DNA from: a bacterium
GTDB lineage: Bacteria > UBA10199 > 2-02-FULL-50-16 > JAJFLM01
DNA: 64,000 nucleotides
Direction of reading: 5' to 3'
Assembly: GCA_965216315.1 (NCBI GenBank)
Contig: CBDCFN010000016.1
Location: 2,333,982-2,397,981, forward strand
This document shows positions 43,557-53,082 of the stretch, one piece after another. How positions within the stretch are numbered: the stretch's first letter is position 1; the number at the start of each line of letters is the position of its first letter. The position numbers and the translations under genes were made by a program. The notes beneath the pieces were generated by a model that did no database searches, had not been told where the DNA came from, and saw nothing but the letters and a program-made list of their open reading frames with translations.

Positions 43557-44424
43557 TTTATTTTCAAAAATAACTGCGCCACTATTAATCATGGGAATCG
43601 CCACAACTGTTTTAGCCGCAACACCGAGTGCTGCCAAACGCTTTGAAAAATTGCCGAACCAACCGCGCTGGCATTTAATGGACAAAGTTCCCTTGCGCTT
43701 CAATGCCTTTCATCCGCAGGGCCTCGTCAAACTCGGTGAATTTTTCTATTTATCAGCAGTTAACAAAATTGAGAAGACCGAAAAACTCGACAAGGGCCCC
43801 TATGACCGCACTCCCGGCGTCGGTGTTGGTTATCTTTTACGTTTCAGTTCGAATGGGCGGCTCACCAAGCAATTGACAATTGGTGAAGGGCATCGTTACC
43901 ACCCCGGCGGCATCGACACGGATGGCAGGTATATCTGGGTGCCGGTCGCCGAATATCGCCCGCACAGCCACTCTATTATTTATAAAATCGATCTCACGTC
44001 ATGGAAGGCTATTGAGGCGTTCCGAGTCGATGACCACATCGGTGACCTTGTCTTTAATCGGGCTCAAAATACGCTCATCGGCATGAACTGGGATTCAAAA
44101 ATTATTTATGAATGGAATCTAGAGGGAAAACTCCTCCGCAAGTTGAACAACCAAAATGACACGCTGGCATTTCAAGACTGTAAATACGCGGGAAAAGAAA
44201 AAATAATTTGCTCGGGCGTGAAACAAAAAAAGCGGGGCGGTCTTGTCCTCATGGAAACGAAGCATTTCAAGTCCATGCATCATGTCTTGAATCCGCCGAA
44301 GACAAAAAATGACATCTTCATGACGAAGAATCCGATGGCCCTCGTTTTTGACAAACAACGTTTGCGTTACTATTTTATTCCGGAAGACGGGATCTCGACG
44401 TTATATGGATTTGAAATCCACTAG
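43549..44424 (+). CDS. Secreted DUF6454-like beta-propeller protein
   Basis: Signal peptide; HPQG, YHPGGID.DG..IW.PVAEY, DHIG, FQDCK, YFIPED. Confidence 0.7.
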   Translation: MLNLFSKITAPLLIMGIATTVLAATPSAAKRFEKLPNQPRWHLMDKVPLRFNAFHPQGLVKLGEFFYLSAVNKIEKTEKLDKGPYDRTPGVGVGYLLRFSSNGRLTKQLTIGEGHRYHPGGIDTDGRYIWVPVAEYRPHSHSIIYKIDLTSWKAIEAFRVDDHIGDLVFNRAQNTLIGMNWDSKIIYEWNLEGKLLRKLNNQNDTLAFQDCKYAGKEKIICSGVKQKKRGGLVLMETKHFKSMHHVLNPPKTKNDIFMTKNPMALVFDKQRLRYYFIPEDGISTLYGFEIH

Positions 44425-44434
44425 GGTATTTTAA

Positions 44435-45790
44435 TTACTTATTGTAGCCCCGTTCGGCTAACCAGAGACTAGAGGCAAGAAATAACGAGAGGATTGCGGC
44501 GCCGATCCAGAAATATTTGGCGGCCGTAAAATCATAGATCTCTTTTCCATCCACAACCGTGCGACTTGCGTCAATCAACGCACCACTGACCCAATCCTGT
44601 GTTGCCGCCCCCATATAGCTAAAGCCACCCACGAAACCCAAGGCGGCCCCACTCGTGCGCTTGGAACAAATATCCATCGCGGCCAGGCCGCCCAGGAATA
44701 CAAGGAGACCGCCGATAGCAAAACCTGCTACCCCCATCGCGATACGCACTGTCCAGGGATTTCCGTTAGGAACGAAGTAGAGGACGAACAATGAGAGAAT
44801 GAGCAGGATGCCGTAGACAAAGTTCACCGGGGCGCGTCGGGCCCCAAAAAAGCGATCGGAAACAGGTCCCGCTAAAATGGTTCCGGCAATTCCAACAATA
44901 GGAAATAGCGAAACGACTGCCGCGGCCTCCACAAGGGAATACTGGCGTTCGATTTGCAAATAGAGCACGCCCCAATTATTGATCGCATAACGCGCCACGT
45001 ACATCAAAGCACTCGCAATGCCGACTAACCAGACATAGGGATTTTTGAGTACTTGTAGATGTAAGGTCCCAATCGTCAGTTCATGGTCTCCATTATGTCC
45101 GCTATAATCGCGTTTATAATCGGCAATCGGCGGCAAGCCGTGCGTCTCAGGCCGATCGGACATCGTATAGTAGAGGATGAAAGCAACCAGCAAACAGACA
45201 AAACCCGGAGCTAAAAAACCGAAACGCCAGCCAAGAGCTGTCACAATGAACGCCGTCGCTGTAAACGTAATCGCTTCACCAATGTTGTGCGCCGTACTCC
45301 ACAGCGAATAACGCGTTCCCCTCTCCTTATTACTGAACCATTCCGACATCACAACACCGCTCGAGGGAACTCCTACCGACTGAAACCAACCATTGAAGGC
45401 CCACAAGATAAGAAAGGCCCAGAAGAAAGTCGAAAAACCGGAGAGTATATTGATCACTGCCGACATGAGCAGCCCTGTCGCAAAGAAACGCCGCGGGTTT
45501 ACGTGATCGGCAATGAAACCATTAATAGTCTTACCGACCCCATAACTCAGCAGCAGCGCAAAACCAATCTGCCCCATTTCGCGGGCATCTAGTATGCCTG
45601 CATCAAGCAGTGGTTTTTTGACAACGGAAAAACTCAGCCTGGTTGTATAAAAAAAGGCATAGCCAAGGGTAATAGAAAGGAAAACTTCCCAGCGCCACCG
45701 CTTGTAAAGATGTGCGACAAGGATAGGATCTTTAATGCGTGCTTTACTATTTTCCTGGCGGAAAAAGTTCGAAATGGCGCGCAAAATCAT
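44435..45790 (-). CDS. MFS organophosphate:Pi antiporter (GlpT/UhpC family)
   Basis: GYA.FY..R, WFS.KERG, HN.G, RY....W. Confidence 0.88.
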   Translation of the reverse strand: MILRAISNFFRQENSKARIKDPILVAHLYKRWRWEVFLSITLGYAFFYTTRLSFSVVKKPLLDAGILDAREMGQIGFALLLSYGVGKTINGFIADHVNPRRFFATGLLMSAVINILSGFSTFFWAFLILWAFNGWFQSVGVPSSGVVMSEWFSNKERGTRYSLWSTAHNIGEAITFTATAFIVTALGWRFGFLAPGFVCLLVAFILYYTMSDRPETHGLPPIADYKRDYSGHNGDHELTIGTLHLQVLKNPYVWLVGIASALMYVARYAINNWGVLYLQIERQYSLVEAAAVVSLFPIVGIAGTILAGPVSDRFFGARRAPVNFVYGILLILSLFVLYFVPNGNPWTVRIAMGVAGFAIGGLLVFLGGLAAMDICSKRTSGAALGFVGGFSYMGAATQDWVSGALIDASRTVVDGKEIYDFTAAKYFWIGAAILSLFLASSLWLAERGYNK

Positions 45791-46200
45791 GGATTGGAAA
45801 GTTGGTCGGTGAATTCCTGGATCATTTCAGGATTTTGCGTCGCGATAAATATCGGAGCCAAAATCGCCGCCGCAAAACCGAGGATAAAAAAGACGCAGAA
45901 GATAACAATGCCCCAGATGGCCCACTGACGCTGAACCCGCTGAAAATGTTCGACACTGTCCCACTTGTGATTCTGCCAGGCCCACTCGCGTCCCTTGATC
46001 GCTAAGATAATGACCATGACAAAACCCACGTATGGAATGAGCGCCAACAAACCTATCCAAACGCGATTACCTATCGCCCAGATCCAGTTCAGCAGAAAAG
46101 CGCCCCAGGACCAGCCAGTGACACCATCTGGAATAGGATGGTCCTTGCCCATGCCTGACGTGTTGGGGATAGCCTGCGTGTGTTGCAACGGTTGTTCCAT
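45787..46200 (-). CDS. Conserved membrane protein (WxWGAF motif)
   Basis: WSWGAF..NWIW, KG.EWAW. Confidence 0.75.
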   Translation of the reverse strand: MEQPLQHTQAIPNTSGMGKDHPIPDGVTGWSWGAFLLNWIWAIGNRVWIGLLALIPYVGFVMVIILAIKGREWAWQNHKWDSVEHFQRVQRQWAIWGIVIFCVFFILGFAAAILAPIFIATQNPEMIQEFTDQLSNP

Positions 46201-46267
46201 AGAGACTCTCTTCTTAGCTTTTTTGGCGAAGGGTGCAAAGAAAAAATATGCACTGCCGGATAACGGC

Positions 46268-46936
46268 TCAGGCTGAGGGTCGGCGGCGGCGTGCTTGAAT
46301 AATTTTCGTCACCACTGTCAGGACGATGACCAGGGCAAAGGGTCCCCAAACATGGTAGTCGGCCCAGGTCCTAGGATCCGTCCAGTCAATGTAACGCCCG
46401 ACACCGCCGAGTGAGGTATAGACGAAACAGCCGGGAGCCATTCCAATCAAGGTGGCTAAGAAATATTGACTCAATCGAACCTGACTGAGTCCCAGGCTAT
46501 AGTTGAGCAGATTGAAGGGAAATAACGGAATCAACCGCAGATAAAGCACCGCATAAAACCCATGCTGCCCGACTCGATCATCGAGCTTCGCCAATTTCCC
46601 TTTCATTAATTTTGCAACGAAGTCGCGACCCAGATAACGCGCCAACAAAAAGGCTAGCGTGGCACCGATAGTCGCAGCGGTCAGATTGATCGCCGTCCCC
46701 CAAGCCGCCCCAAAAAGGATACCCCCGCCAATCGTCAGCACGGAACCCGGCAAGGACAAGACTGCCGCCGCGATATAAATCAACATGAAGATCAATGGAC
46801 CCCAGGGGCCCTGGGCACGTATCCATTCTTGCAGGGAAACAAAACCTTCTTGAGAGAGGTAGTGACGCACCGGCGTGAAAAGATAGAGACAAACAACAAC
46901 GACAACTACGGCGAGGGCGATCAGGGCCTTTTTCAT
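46268..46936 (-). CDS. TVP38/TMEM64 (DedA superfamily) protein
   Basis: LPGS, F..ARY.GR, LRL.P.FPF...NY..G. Confidence 0.9.
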   Translation of the reverse strand: MKKALIALAVVVVVVCLYLFTPVRHYLSQEGFVSLQEWIRAQGPWGPLIFMLIYIAAAVLSLPGSVLTIGGGILFGAAWGTAINLTAATIGATLAFLLARYLGRDFVAKLMKGKLAKLDDRVGQHGFYAVLYLRLIPLFPFNLLNYSLGLSQVRLSQYFLATLIGMAPGCFVYTSLGGVGRYIDWTDPRTWADYHVWGPFALVIVLTVVTKIIQARRRRPSA

Positions 46937-48372
46937 GCGGTCTTTCCAAAGCGCCAGCTAAAATACCAAAGCAGAATACGGCGCATCCGTGGACTCAGAC
47001 GAGTCCGTTGATACGTATCGGCAAGACGTTTGACCATCTCGGCAAGAGTCGGATACACATGAATCATGCCGGCAATTTTCTTTAGGCCAATCTTATTTTG
47101 CATCGCCAGGACAAGTTCATGAAGGCAATCACCCGTATGCGGCCCAACCAAAGTGGCACCCACGATCTGATCTTTCCCTTTTTCTGTAAGGACTTTAATA
47201 AACCCTTCGGCTTCTCGATCACAGACCGCCCGATCCAATTCATCCATCGAATAACGATAGACATCATAAGCCATGTTTTGCTGTTGGGCCTCTTGTTCAT
47301 TGAGACCGACACGGGCAACTTCCGGCTCAGTAAAGGTACACCACGGCACGACCCGATAATTGATCGGGCTCTTACCCGGAAACAAGGCGTTGCGCAGGAT
47401 GAGCCGGGCCTGAAAATCCGCCGTGTGCGTAAATTGATACGGCCCCGCCACGTCACCGCAGGCGTAGATATGCCGCTGGCTTGTCCGCAGATAGGAATCC
47501 ACCTCGATTCCACGGCGTGAATAGCGAATGTCCGCATTTTCGAGCTTGAGTTCCCCCACATTAGGCGCGCGTCCGACCGCAACAAGTATTTTGTCAAAGG
47601 TCAACCAACGCTCACCTTCCTCTGGATGCGTCACCTTGAGCCGATAGGCATCTACTTCCTGTTCGACCGCCTCGGCCTTCCATCCGGTCAAGACCTCGAT
47701 GCCTTCCTGTTTAAAGCGCGCTTGAATCAGCTCGGAAACATCGGCGTCTTCCCGCCCTAAGATACGTGGCGCCATTTCGACTTGAGTGACTTGCGCCCCC
47801 AGACGCGCAAAAACCTGTGATAGTTCCGAACCGATCGGACCACCCCCTAAGACAACAAGTCGTTTAGGAATATCCGTTAGTTCCCACACATTATCACTCG
47901 TCAGCAAATCGCATTGATCGAGCCCTGGAATCGGCGGAACGAAGGGGACAGCTCCCGTCGCGATTACAAATCGTTTGGCCGCTAACGTCTCTTCACCGTT
48001 GCTGATTTCATACGGTGAAGTAAAATGGTAGTTGCCTTGATGGACCGAGACACCGAGATCTTCAAAGCGTTCAACGGAATCGGCATATTCCAACTTGGCT
48101 TGAACCTCACGCACCGAAGCCATGATGCGCGCAAAATCAACATCCAGATGAGTCTCCTCAAGTCCAAACCGTCCTGCCGTGCGTGCATCGTAGGCCAGCT
48201 TGGCCGCGCGAATGATCGCCTTGGACGGAACGCAACCGGTATTGAGACAATCGCCTCCCATTTTGTGTTTTTCAATCAGGGCGGTATGCGCCCCGAGTCC
48301 CGCAGCACCGGCCGCACTGACGAGACCACCCGAACCGGCTCCTAAAACGAGAAGGTGATAAGTTTTTTTCAT
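46933..48372 (-). CDS. FAD-dependent disulfide oxidoreductase (MerA/LpdA-like)
   Basis: GAGSGG, GGDCLNTGCVPSK, GGGPIG, HVYPT. Confidence 0.9.
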   Translation of the reverse strand: MKKTYHLLVLGAGSGGLVSAAGAAGLGAHTALIEKHKMGGDCLNTGCVPSKAIIRAAKLAYDARTAGRFGLEETHLDVDFARIMASVREVQAKLEYADSVERFEDLGVSVHQGNYHFTSPYEISNGEETLAAKRFVIATGAVPFVPPIPGLDQCDLLTSDNVWELTDIPKRLVVLGGGPIGSELSQVFARLGAQVTQVEMAPRILGREDADVSELIQARFKQEGIEVLTGWKAEAVEQEVDAYRLKVTHPEEGERWLTFDKILVAVGRAPNVGELKLENADIRYSRRGIEVDSYLRTSQRHIYACGDVAGPYQFTHTADFQARLILRNALFPGKSPINYRVVPWCTFTEPEVARVGLNEQEAQQQNMAYDVYRYSMDELDRAVCDREAEGFIKVLTEKGKDQIVGATLVGPHTGDCLHELVLAMQNKIGLKKIAGMIHVYPTLAEMVKRLADTYQRTRLSPRMRRILLWYFSWRFGKTA

Positions 48373-48387
48373 AACTTCCGTTTGCCT

Positions 48388-48948
48388 CTAGTCGATATCC
48401 GCTCGGACCGGCAATAAATGATGAGACCAACCCAGCCGAGCCACCCGGGCCAGCGTCTGCGCTAAGACCTGTTCCGTACTCCAATCAATGTCGTCAAACA
48501 ATTCTCGTCGCACTTGTTTACAGCCCAACAAGTAGTAACCACCATCCTCGGCCGGACCCAGGACGAGATCATTGTCGTCCAGAGCCACAAAAGCAGCTTC
48601 AATTAATTCCCGATCAATATCGACGCAATCACTGCCAATGACAATCGCGCGACTCGCCTGCTCGAGCGATTCACTAACGGCATGAAAGAGGCGCTCGCCG
48701 AGATCGGCACCATACTGCGGCTTTAAATACTCAAGTTTCAACCATGATTTAAATTCACGCTCGCGTTCAGGAGGGTCATAATAAAGTACTCGTTGATAAC
48801 CACCATTATCCGTTGCCGTCTGGCGAACGACCGTCTCCACCATATCACGATACAATGCCGTTGCTTTGGCTACACCAACCCGTTGAGCTAAACGCGTCTT
48901 GACGCGTCCCGCTTCGGGATACTTTGCAAAGATGAGCAATTGATTCAC
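48388..48948 (-). CDS. TIGR04282-type arsenosugar-cluster glycosyltransferase
   Basis: FAK.P..GRVKTRL, Q.G.DLGER, IGSDC, LGPAEDGGYYL, D.D; GTG overlaps upstream stop. Confidence 0.88.
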   Translation of the reverse strand: MNQLLIFAKYPEAGRVKTRLAQRVGVAKATALYRDMVETVVRQTATDNGGYQRVLYYDPPEREREFKSWLKLEYLKPQYGADLGERLFHAVSESLEQASRAIVIGSDCVDIDRELIEAAFVALDDNDLVLGPAEDGGYYLLGCKQVRRELFDDIDWSTEQVLAQTLARVARLGWSHHLLPVRADID

Positions 48949-49655
48949 GAGTGCACACCCCACAAACGGAACCATTCGGGTACCGCCTGTCGCACCCAGC
49001 GATGGGCGTAACTCCAAGTCAGCTGCAACCAGCCGTTTTCTTGATAACGGCGCGCACTCGTCAATAGGGCCTCTCCGGTGCAACGTAAGGTCACCCCCTT
49101 TTGTCGAGCACGCCAGATGAAAAGGTGGTCTTCCCCGTAGGAACTTCCTTCCGGAAAGCCGCCAATCGCCTCGAAATTTTTCCGTGCAATACAAAACCCC
49201 TGATCCCCAAAAGGCACTCCCATCAGACGTGATCTCACCCAACAGCCGACCTCATTCACCCGCATCAATGGCGGTCCGTCTGGAAGAAAGCGGAGATTAA
49301 AATAGTGTAAGGCCCCGGGAGCTCTTTCGAGTCCGCGGCGCAAGGCCACAATCGAACGCGGCGTCAGTTGTGAGTCCGCATGCAAGAACCAAAGGAACGG
49401 TTTCTTTGTCACCTTCGCTCCCGCATTCAACTGCAGCGCTCGTCCCGGCTTTGAATGAACCCAGCGAACGCGACCGGCCAGCCGCAAATCTGTCTCAAAA
49501 CTTTTCAGTTCTAGGGGAGCCGCTTCTGGACTGACCAGTATAATTTCCGACTTCAAGGGAAGATCGCGCAGATCAGGCAACAGACTTGTCCAGGCCTCTT
49601 CTTGAGGGGCCAAGGGGATAATAACCGCCACATCTTCTAGGGGATTAACTGCCAT
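48945..49655 (-). CDS. TIGR04283-type GT2 glycosyltransferase
   Basis: GRA.Q.N.GA, FLHADS, PFGDQ, ED, TSARR. Confidence 0.88.
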   Translation of the reverse strand: MAVNPLEDVAVIIPLAPQEEAWTSLLPDLRDLPLKSEIILVSPEAAPLELKSFETDLRLAGRVRWVHSKPGRALQLNAGAKVTKKPFLWFLHADSQLTPRSIVALRRGLERAPGALHYFNLRFLPDGPPLMRVNEVGCWVRSRLMGVPFGDQGFCIARKNFEAIGGFPEGSSYGEDHLFIWRARQKGVTLRCTGEALLTSARRYQENGWLQLTWSYAHRWVRQAVPEWFRLWGVHS

Positions 49656-49657
49656 CG

Positions 49658-50707
49658 CTAGCAACAGCTCCCGGCATTGCGCTTCTCAATACCCGGCTCA
49701 AGCGCTTCATCATGATGACAGTCAAAAAGCCCGAAATGAGTGCTGCAGTCCCCCACTATTCTGAAGTAAGGGGCATAGCGTGTTGCTGAAAGCATCGCCG
49801 CCGTGTTACTGCAAACCGGGATCACTTTGCCTGCCTCAAAGAGGTGATGTTGATCGAGTGCAAAAGCAGCAGGGGATTCCGCCAAATTCCCCTGATAAGT
49901 GGCCGTCTGCCCATAGTCCTCACAACGATCTTCTAAAGGCAGTTTAAAGGCACGTATCGTCATTGAATAAAAGGGAATCGGACCGAGCTTTTTCGCAATC
50001 GCCTCGTCCTCGATATCCAAGGGGCTCATGGAGACGACCCGATAATCCAAACAGCCAAGTTCCGCCAAAAGCCTGCGAAAATCCTCAATGTACAGGGCGC
50101 CACCGAGACACTCGCCGACCAGGACCGGGTCTCGCTGCAAGGACTCCGGAATGCGGCGACCACTCAAAATATCAGCAAAATAAAGTTCTCCACCGGGCTT
50201 GAGAACACGTAATATTTCCGAAAAGACGCGGCGCTTATCAGGGGAAAGATTAATTACACAGTTAGAGACAACCACATCAATCGAATCGTCCGCAATATCA
50301 AGGGCTGCAAGATCCTCGATATAACCTTTTAGAAACCGCACGTTCGATTTCTCGAAACCAAATTTGTCGGCGTGGTAATCACGATGCCGCTGCGCAACTT
50401 CCAACTGTTCATCGGTCATATCAACACCAATAACTCGGCCCTGTTCACCAACGAGCTTAGAAAGAATATAACAGTCACGTCCGGTTCCACTTCCCAGATC
50501 CAGCACGGTGCGTCCTGCTAAGACCATAGGGATGGGAGAGCCGCATCCATAAAAACGCGTTACCACTTCTTCATGGATCTCACTGACAATCGGCCGCAGG
50601 TGCGGCGCAAAGGCCTCGGCACTGCAACAGGCATTGGTCTTGAGGTCGTCACTGCTTTTTAACGTCTTCCCATAATATTCCTGCACATCGCTTCTGCTTG
50701 AACTCAT
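49658..50707 (-). CDS. arsM: Arsenite methyltransferase-like protein
   Basis: LKTNACC, YGCG.P, LDLGSG.G.D, SNCVINL, GECLGGA, C-terminal CC. Confidence 0.88.
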   Translation of the reverse strand: MSSSRSDVQEYYGKTLKSSDDLKTNACCSAEAFAPHLRPIVSEIHEEVVTRFYGCGSPIPMVLAGRTVLDLGSGTGRDCYILSKLVGEQGRVIGVDMTDEQLEVAQRHRDYHADKFGFEKSNVRFLKGYIEDLAALDIADDSIDVVVSNCVINLSPDKRRVFSEILRVLKPGGELYFADILSGRRIPESLQRDPVLVGECLGGALYIEDFRRLLAELGCLDYRVVSMSPLDIEDEAIAKKLGPIPFYSMTIRAFKLPLEDRCEDYGQTATYQGNLAESPAAFALDQHHLFEAGKVIPVCSNTAAMLSATRYAPYFRIVGDCSTHFGLFDCHHDEALEPGIEKRNAGSCC

Positions 50708-51702
50708 GCTGTTTCCCCTTTCGATGTTATGGCCCCACTACATGAACTTCCCGCCCCGGCCGTGCAGGCGTAACAGTGATCGGCAAAGGCAATCGGGCTC
50801 ATTGTCACCTCTGCGAAGCTTTCGATTTCCCAGATATCTCGACGTTGACCCCCGGCAGGAATCTCTAGCATTTGGTTAAAATCACAATCATATATCTGGC
50901 CATCCCAACCGATCGAGATCAATTGGCGACACATAACACCCAAGGCCGCTTGTACATTAAAACTATTTGCTAACAGGGTCATATACGCATCATGTTGACC
51001 GGTGCGCTTTAACTCATGCAGGAATCGTTTGATCGGAACATTGCTCAGCGCATAAAGCTGATTGAACTCAATACCAAAATCGGCCTTGAGCTGTTCCTTG
51101 TAATCAGCCTCCAATTGGCTTTGATCCGGCGGAAGAAAGGCCCCGACCGGATTATAAACAAGATCCAAGCGCCACGGACTATCATGACAACCGTAACCTA
51201 AACGATTGAGATTCTGTAAAGCCCGAATACTTTTTGCAAAGACACCTCTACCACGCTGCTCATCGACATTATCCGCCGTGTAACATGGCAGAGACGCGAT
51301 GATATGAACGCGATGTTCTCGTAAAAATTCCGCCGTGTCCTCCTGACCGGATTCAAACAGGACCGTTAAGTTGCAACGATCAGTAACCTCCCGGCCATTC
51401 GTTACAAGTTCACTCACCAGATATCTAAAATGGGGATTGAGTTCGGGAGCACCCCCCGTCAGATCAATAGTCCGAATCTCCGGACTGGCGCTCACGAGTT
51501 CAAGGATACGCTCCACGGTCGCACGCGCCATAATCTCCGTCCGCTTCGGCCCGGCCTCAACGTGGCAGTGATGACACGCCTGATTACAGAGTTTGCCAAG
51601 ATTGATTTGGAGAGTCTCAATGGGGCCTCGCGCCAGCTCTAAACGGGTACCCCGCAAACGCGTAGCAAAGGGTTCCCAACAAGTTGCGACCGGCAATTCC
51701 AT
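50704..51702 (-). CDS. arsS: Arsenosugar biosynthesis radical SAM protein (Cys form)
   Basis: CNQACHHC, DLTGGAPE, YDCDFNQ, HCYACTAGAGSSC. Confidence 0.9.
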   Translation of the reverse strand: MELPVATCWEPFATRLRGTRLELARGPIETLQINLGKLCNQACHHCHVEAGPKRTEIMARATVERILELVSASPEIRTIDLTGGAPELNPHFRYLVSELVTNGREVTDRCNLTVLFESGQEDTAEFLREHRVHIIASLPCYTADNVDEQRGRGVFAKSIRALQNLNRLGYGCHDSPWRLDLVYNPVGAFLPPDQSQLEADYKEQLKADFGIEFNQLYALSNVPIKRFLHELKRTGQHDAYMTLLANSFNVQAALGVMCRQLISIGWDGQIYDCDFNQMLEIPAGGQRRDIWEIESFAEVTMSPIAFADHCYACTAGAGSSCSGAITSKGETA

Positions 51703-51752
51703 GCGCCTCCCTCTGAATGCCTTAGAGTCGATTACTGCAAAGTTGTCTCAAA

Positions 51753-52685
51753 TTATTTCACGTCCCCGTGGGCAAGCAACGTCGCACGGGCCTCCGCTTC
51801 AATGAAAACCCGTTTGATCTGAGGGAATCTCAGCTTGAGGTCCTGATCAATACGGGCTACCCGCCGTTCCAGCTGATCCGCGCTGAGGTCATTTCTGAAA
51901 TCCACGCTGACGTTAACGAGTATGAAGTCAGGGCCCATGTGCATGGTCAGAATTTCGTGGACCTTATCCACATCACCGGTACTGGTAATAACCTTGCGAA
52001 TATTGCGAACAATTTCACGGTTGGCGCTCTCGCCGATTAACAGACCCTTGGTCTCATAGGCCAGCCAGACCGCCGTCCCTCCTAAGATAATCCCGATGAT
52101 CACCGAAGCGATTCCGTCATAATAAGGATTGCCGGTAATCTGCCCCAACCAGATTCCTAAAAAAGCCACAATGATACCTAGCATCGCCGCCGAATCTTCG
52201 AAGAGCACGACAAACATGGAAGGATCTTTACCTTTTTTGACGGCTTCGAAATATCCCCATTTGCCCTTGGCGCGGGAAAACTCCCGTAAAGCAAAAAACC
52301 AGGCCCCGCCTTCAAACAAAGCGGCCATACCGAGCACGATGTAGTTCATCGTTGGGTTAGTCACCGGGCTCGGATGAATAATATGCAGGACCCCTTCATA
52401 CATCGAAACACCGGCACCGACGGCGAAAATGAGAATCGCCACTACGAACGACCAAAAATAGACTTCTTTGCCGTGACCGAAGGGGAAATCCTCGTCGGGC
52501 GGCTTGCGGGCTCGCTTGAGCCCGTAGAGAAGCAATACTTGATTGAAGGTATCGACAACGGAGTGAATGCCCTCCGAGAGCATGGCCGAACTCCCGGTAA
52601 AGACCGCTGCGACGAATTTGCTGATCGCAATAAGACCATTGCCTATCAAGGCAGCATAGATGGCTTTTTTGGACGAGGCCGCCAT
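51753..52685 (-). CDS. Cation diffusion facilitator transporter
   Basis: HS..D, PFG.G.E, ED..A. Confidence 0.9.
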   Translation of the reverse strand: MAASSKKAIYAALIGNGLIAISKFVAAVFTGSSAMLSEGIHSVVDTFNQVLLLYGLKRARKPPDEDFPFGHGKEVYFWSFVVAILIFAVGAGVSMYEGVLHIIHPSPVTNPTMNYIVLGMAALFEGGAWFFALREFSRAKGKWGYFEAVKKGKDPSMFVVLFEDSAAMLGIIVAFLGIWLGQITGNPYYDGIASVIIGIILGGTAVWLAYETKGLLIGESANREIVRNIRKVITSTGDVDKVHEILTMHMGPDFILVNVSVDFRNDLSADQLERRVARIDQDLKLRFPQIKRVFIEAEARATLLAHGDVK

Positions 52686-52778
52686 GAGCGGTCCTTTATA
52701 ATGAAGCTTCGCTAAAAAAGCTACTTTACATGTAAGGAGGCAGGATCCATGGATGAACGAGAATAAGGAGATCGGCAT

Positions 52779-53045
52779 ATGGACTGGAAACTGACCTTAG
52801 CGACATTCACCACCATCTTCGTGGCGGAATTAGGAGATAAAACCCAAGTAGCCACGATAGCCCTGGCGTCACAATCAAAATCAACTCTATCCATCCTCAT
52901 TGGAGTAGTCGTAGCGTTAGCATTGGCAGGCATTATTGGAGTATTCGCCGGTCGGCTGTTTGCCCAATTTATCAATCCTCAGATATTAAAATATACGGCA
53001 GGATCCTTGCTTATCGTGATGGGAATCTGGATGTTTGTGCGCTGA
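52779..53045 (+). CDS. TMEM165/GDT1 (UPF0016) single-domain protein
   Basis: ELGDKTQ. Confidence 0.92.
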   Translation: MDWKLTLATFTTIFVAELGDKTQVATIALASQSKSTLSILIGVVVALALAGIIGVFAGRLFAQFINPQILKYTAGSLLIVMGIWMFVR

Positions 53046-53082
53046 GACGTAAAATATGGCTATGTAGTGAATAACAGCTACC

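Noticed and set aside
46933..48372. True mercuric reductase merA
   Set aside because: Lacks the C-terminal Cys-Cys pair and mer operon context; has HxxPT and sits in the arsS cluster.
48949..49242. Long N-terminal extension of the TIGR04282-type ORF
   Set aside because: Overlaps the upstream glycosyltransferase; GTG at 48948 with a GTGA overlap fits better.
50704..50760. Selenocysteine in ArsS
   Set aside because: The GSSC position is a TGT Cys codon; there is no in-frame TGA.
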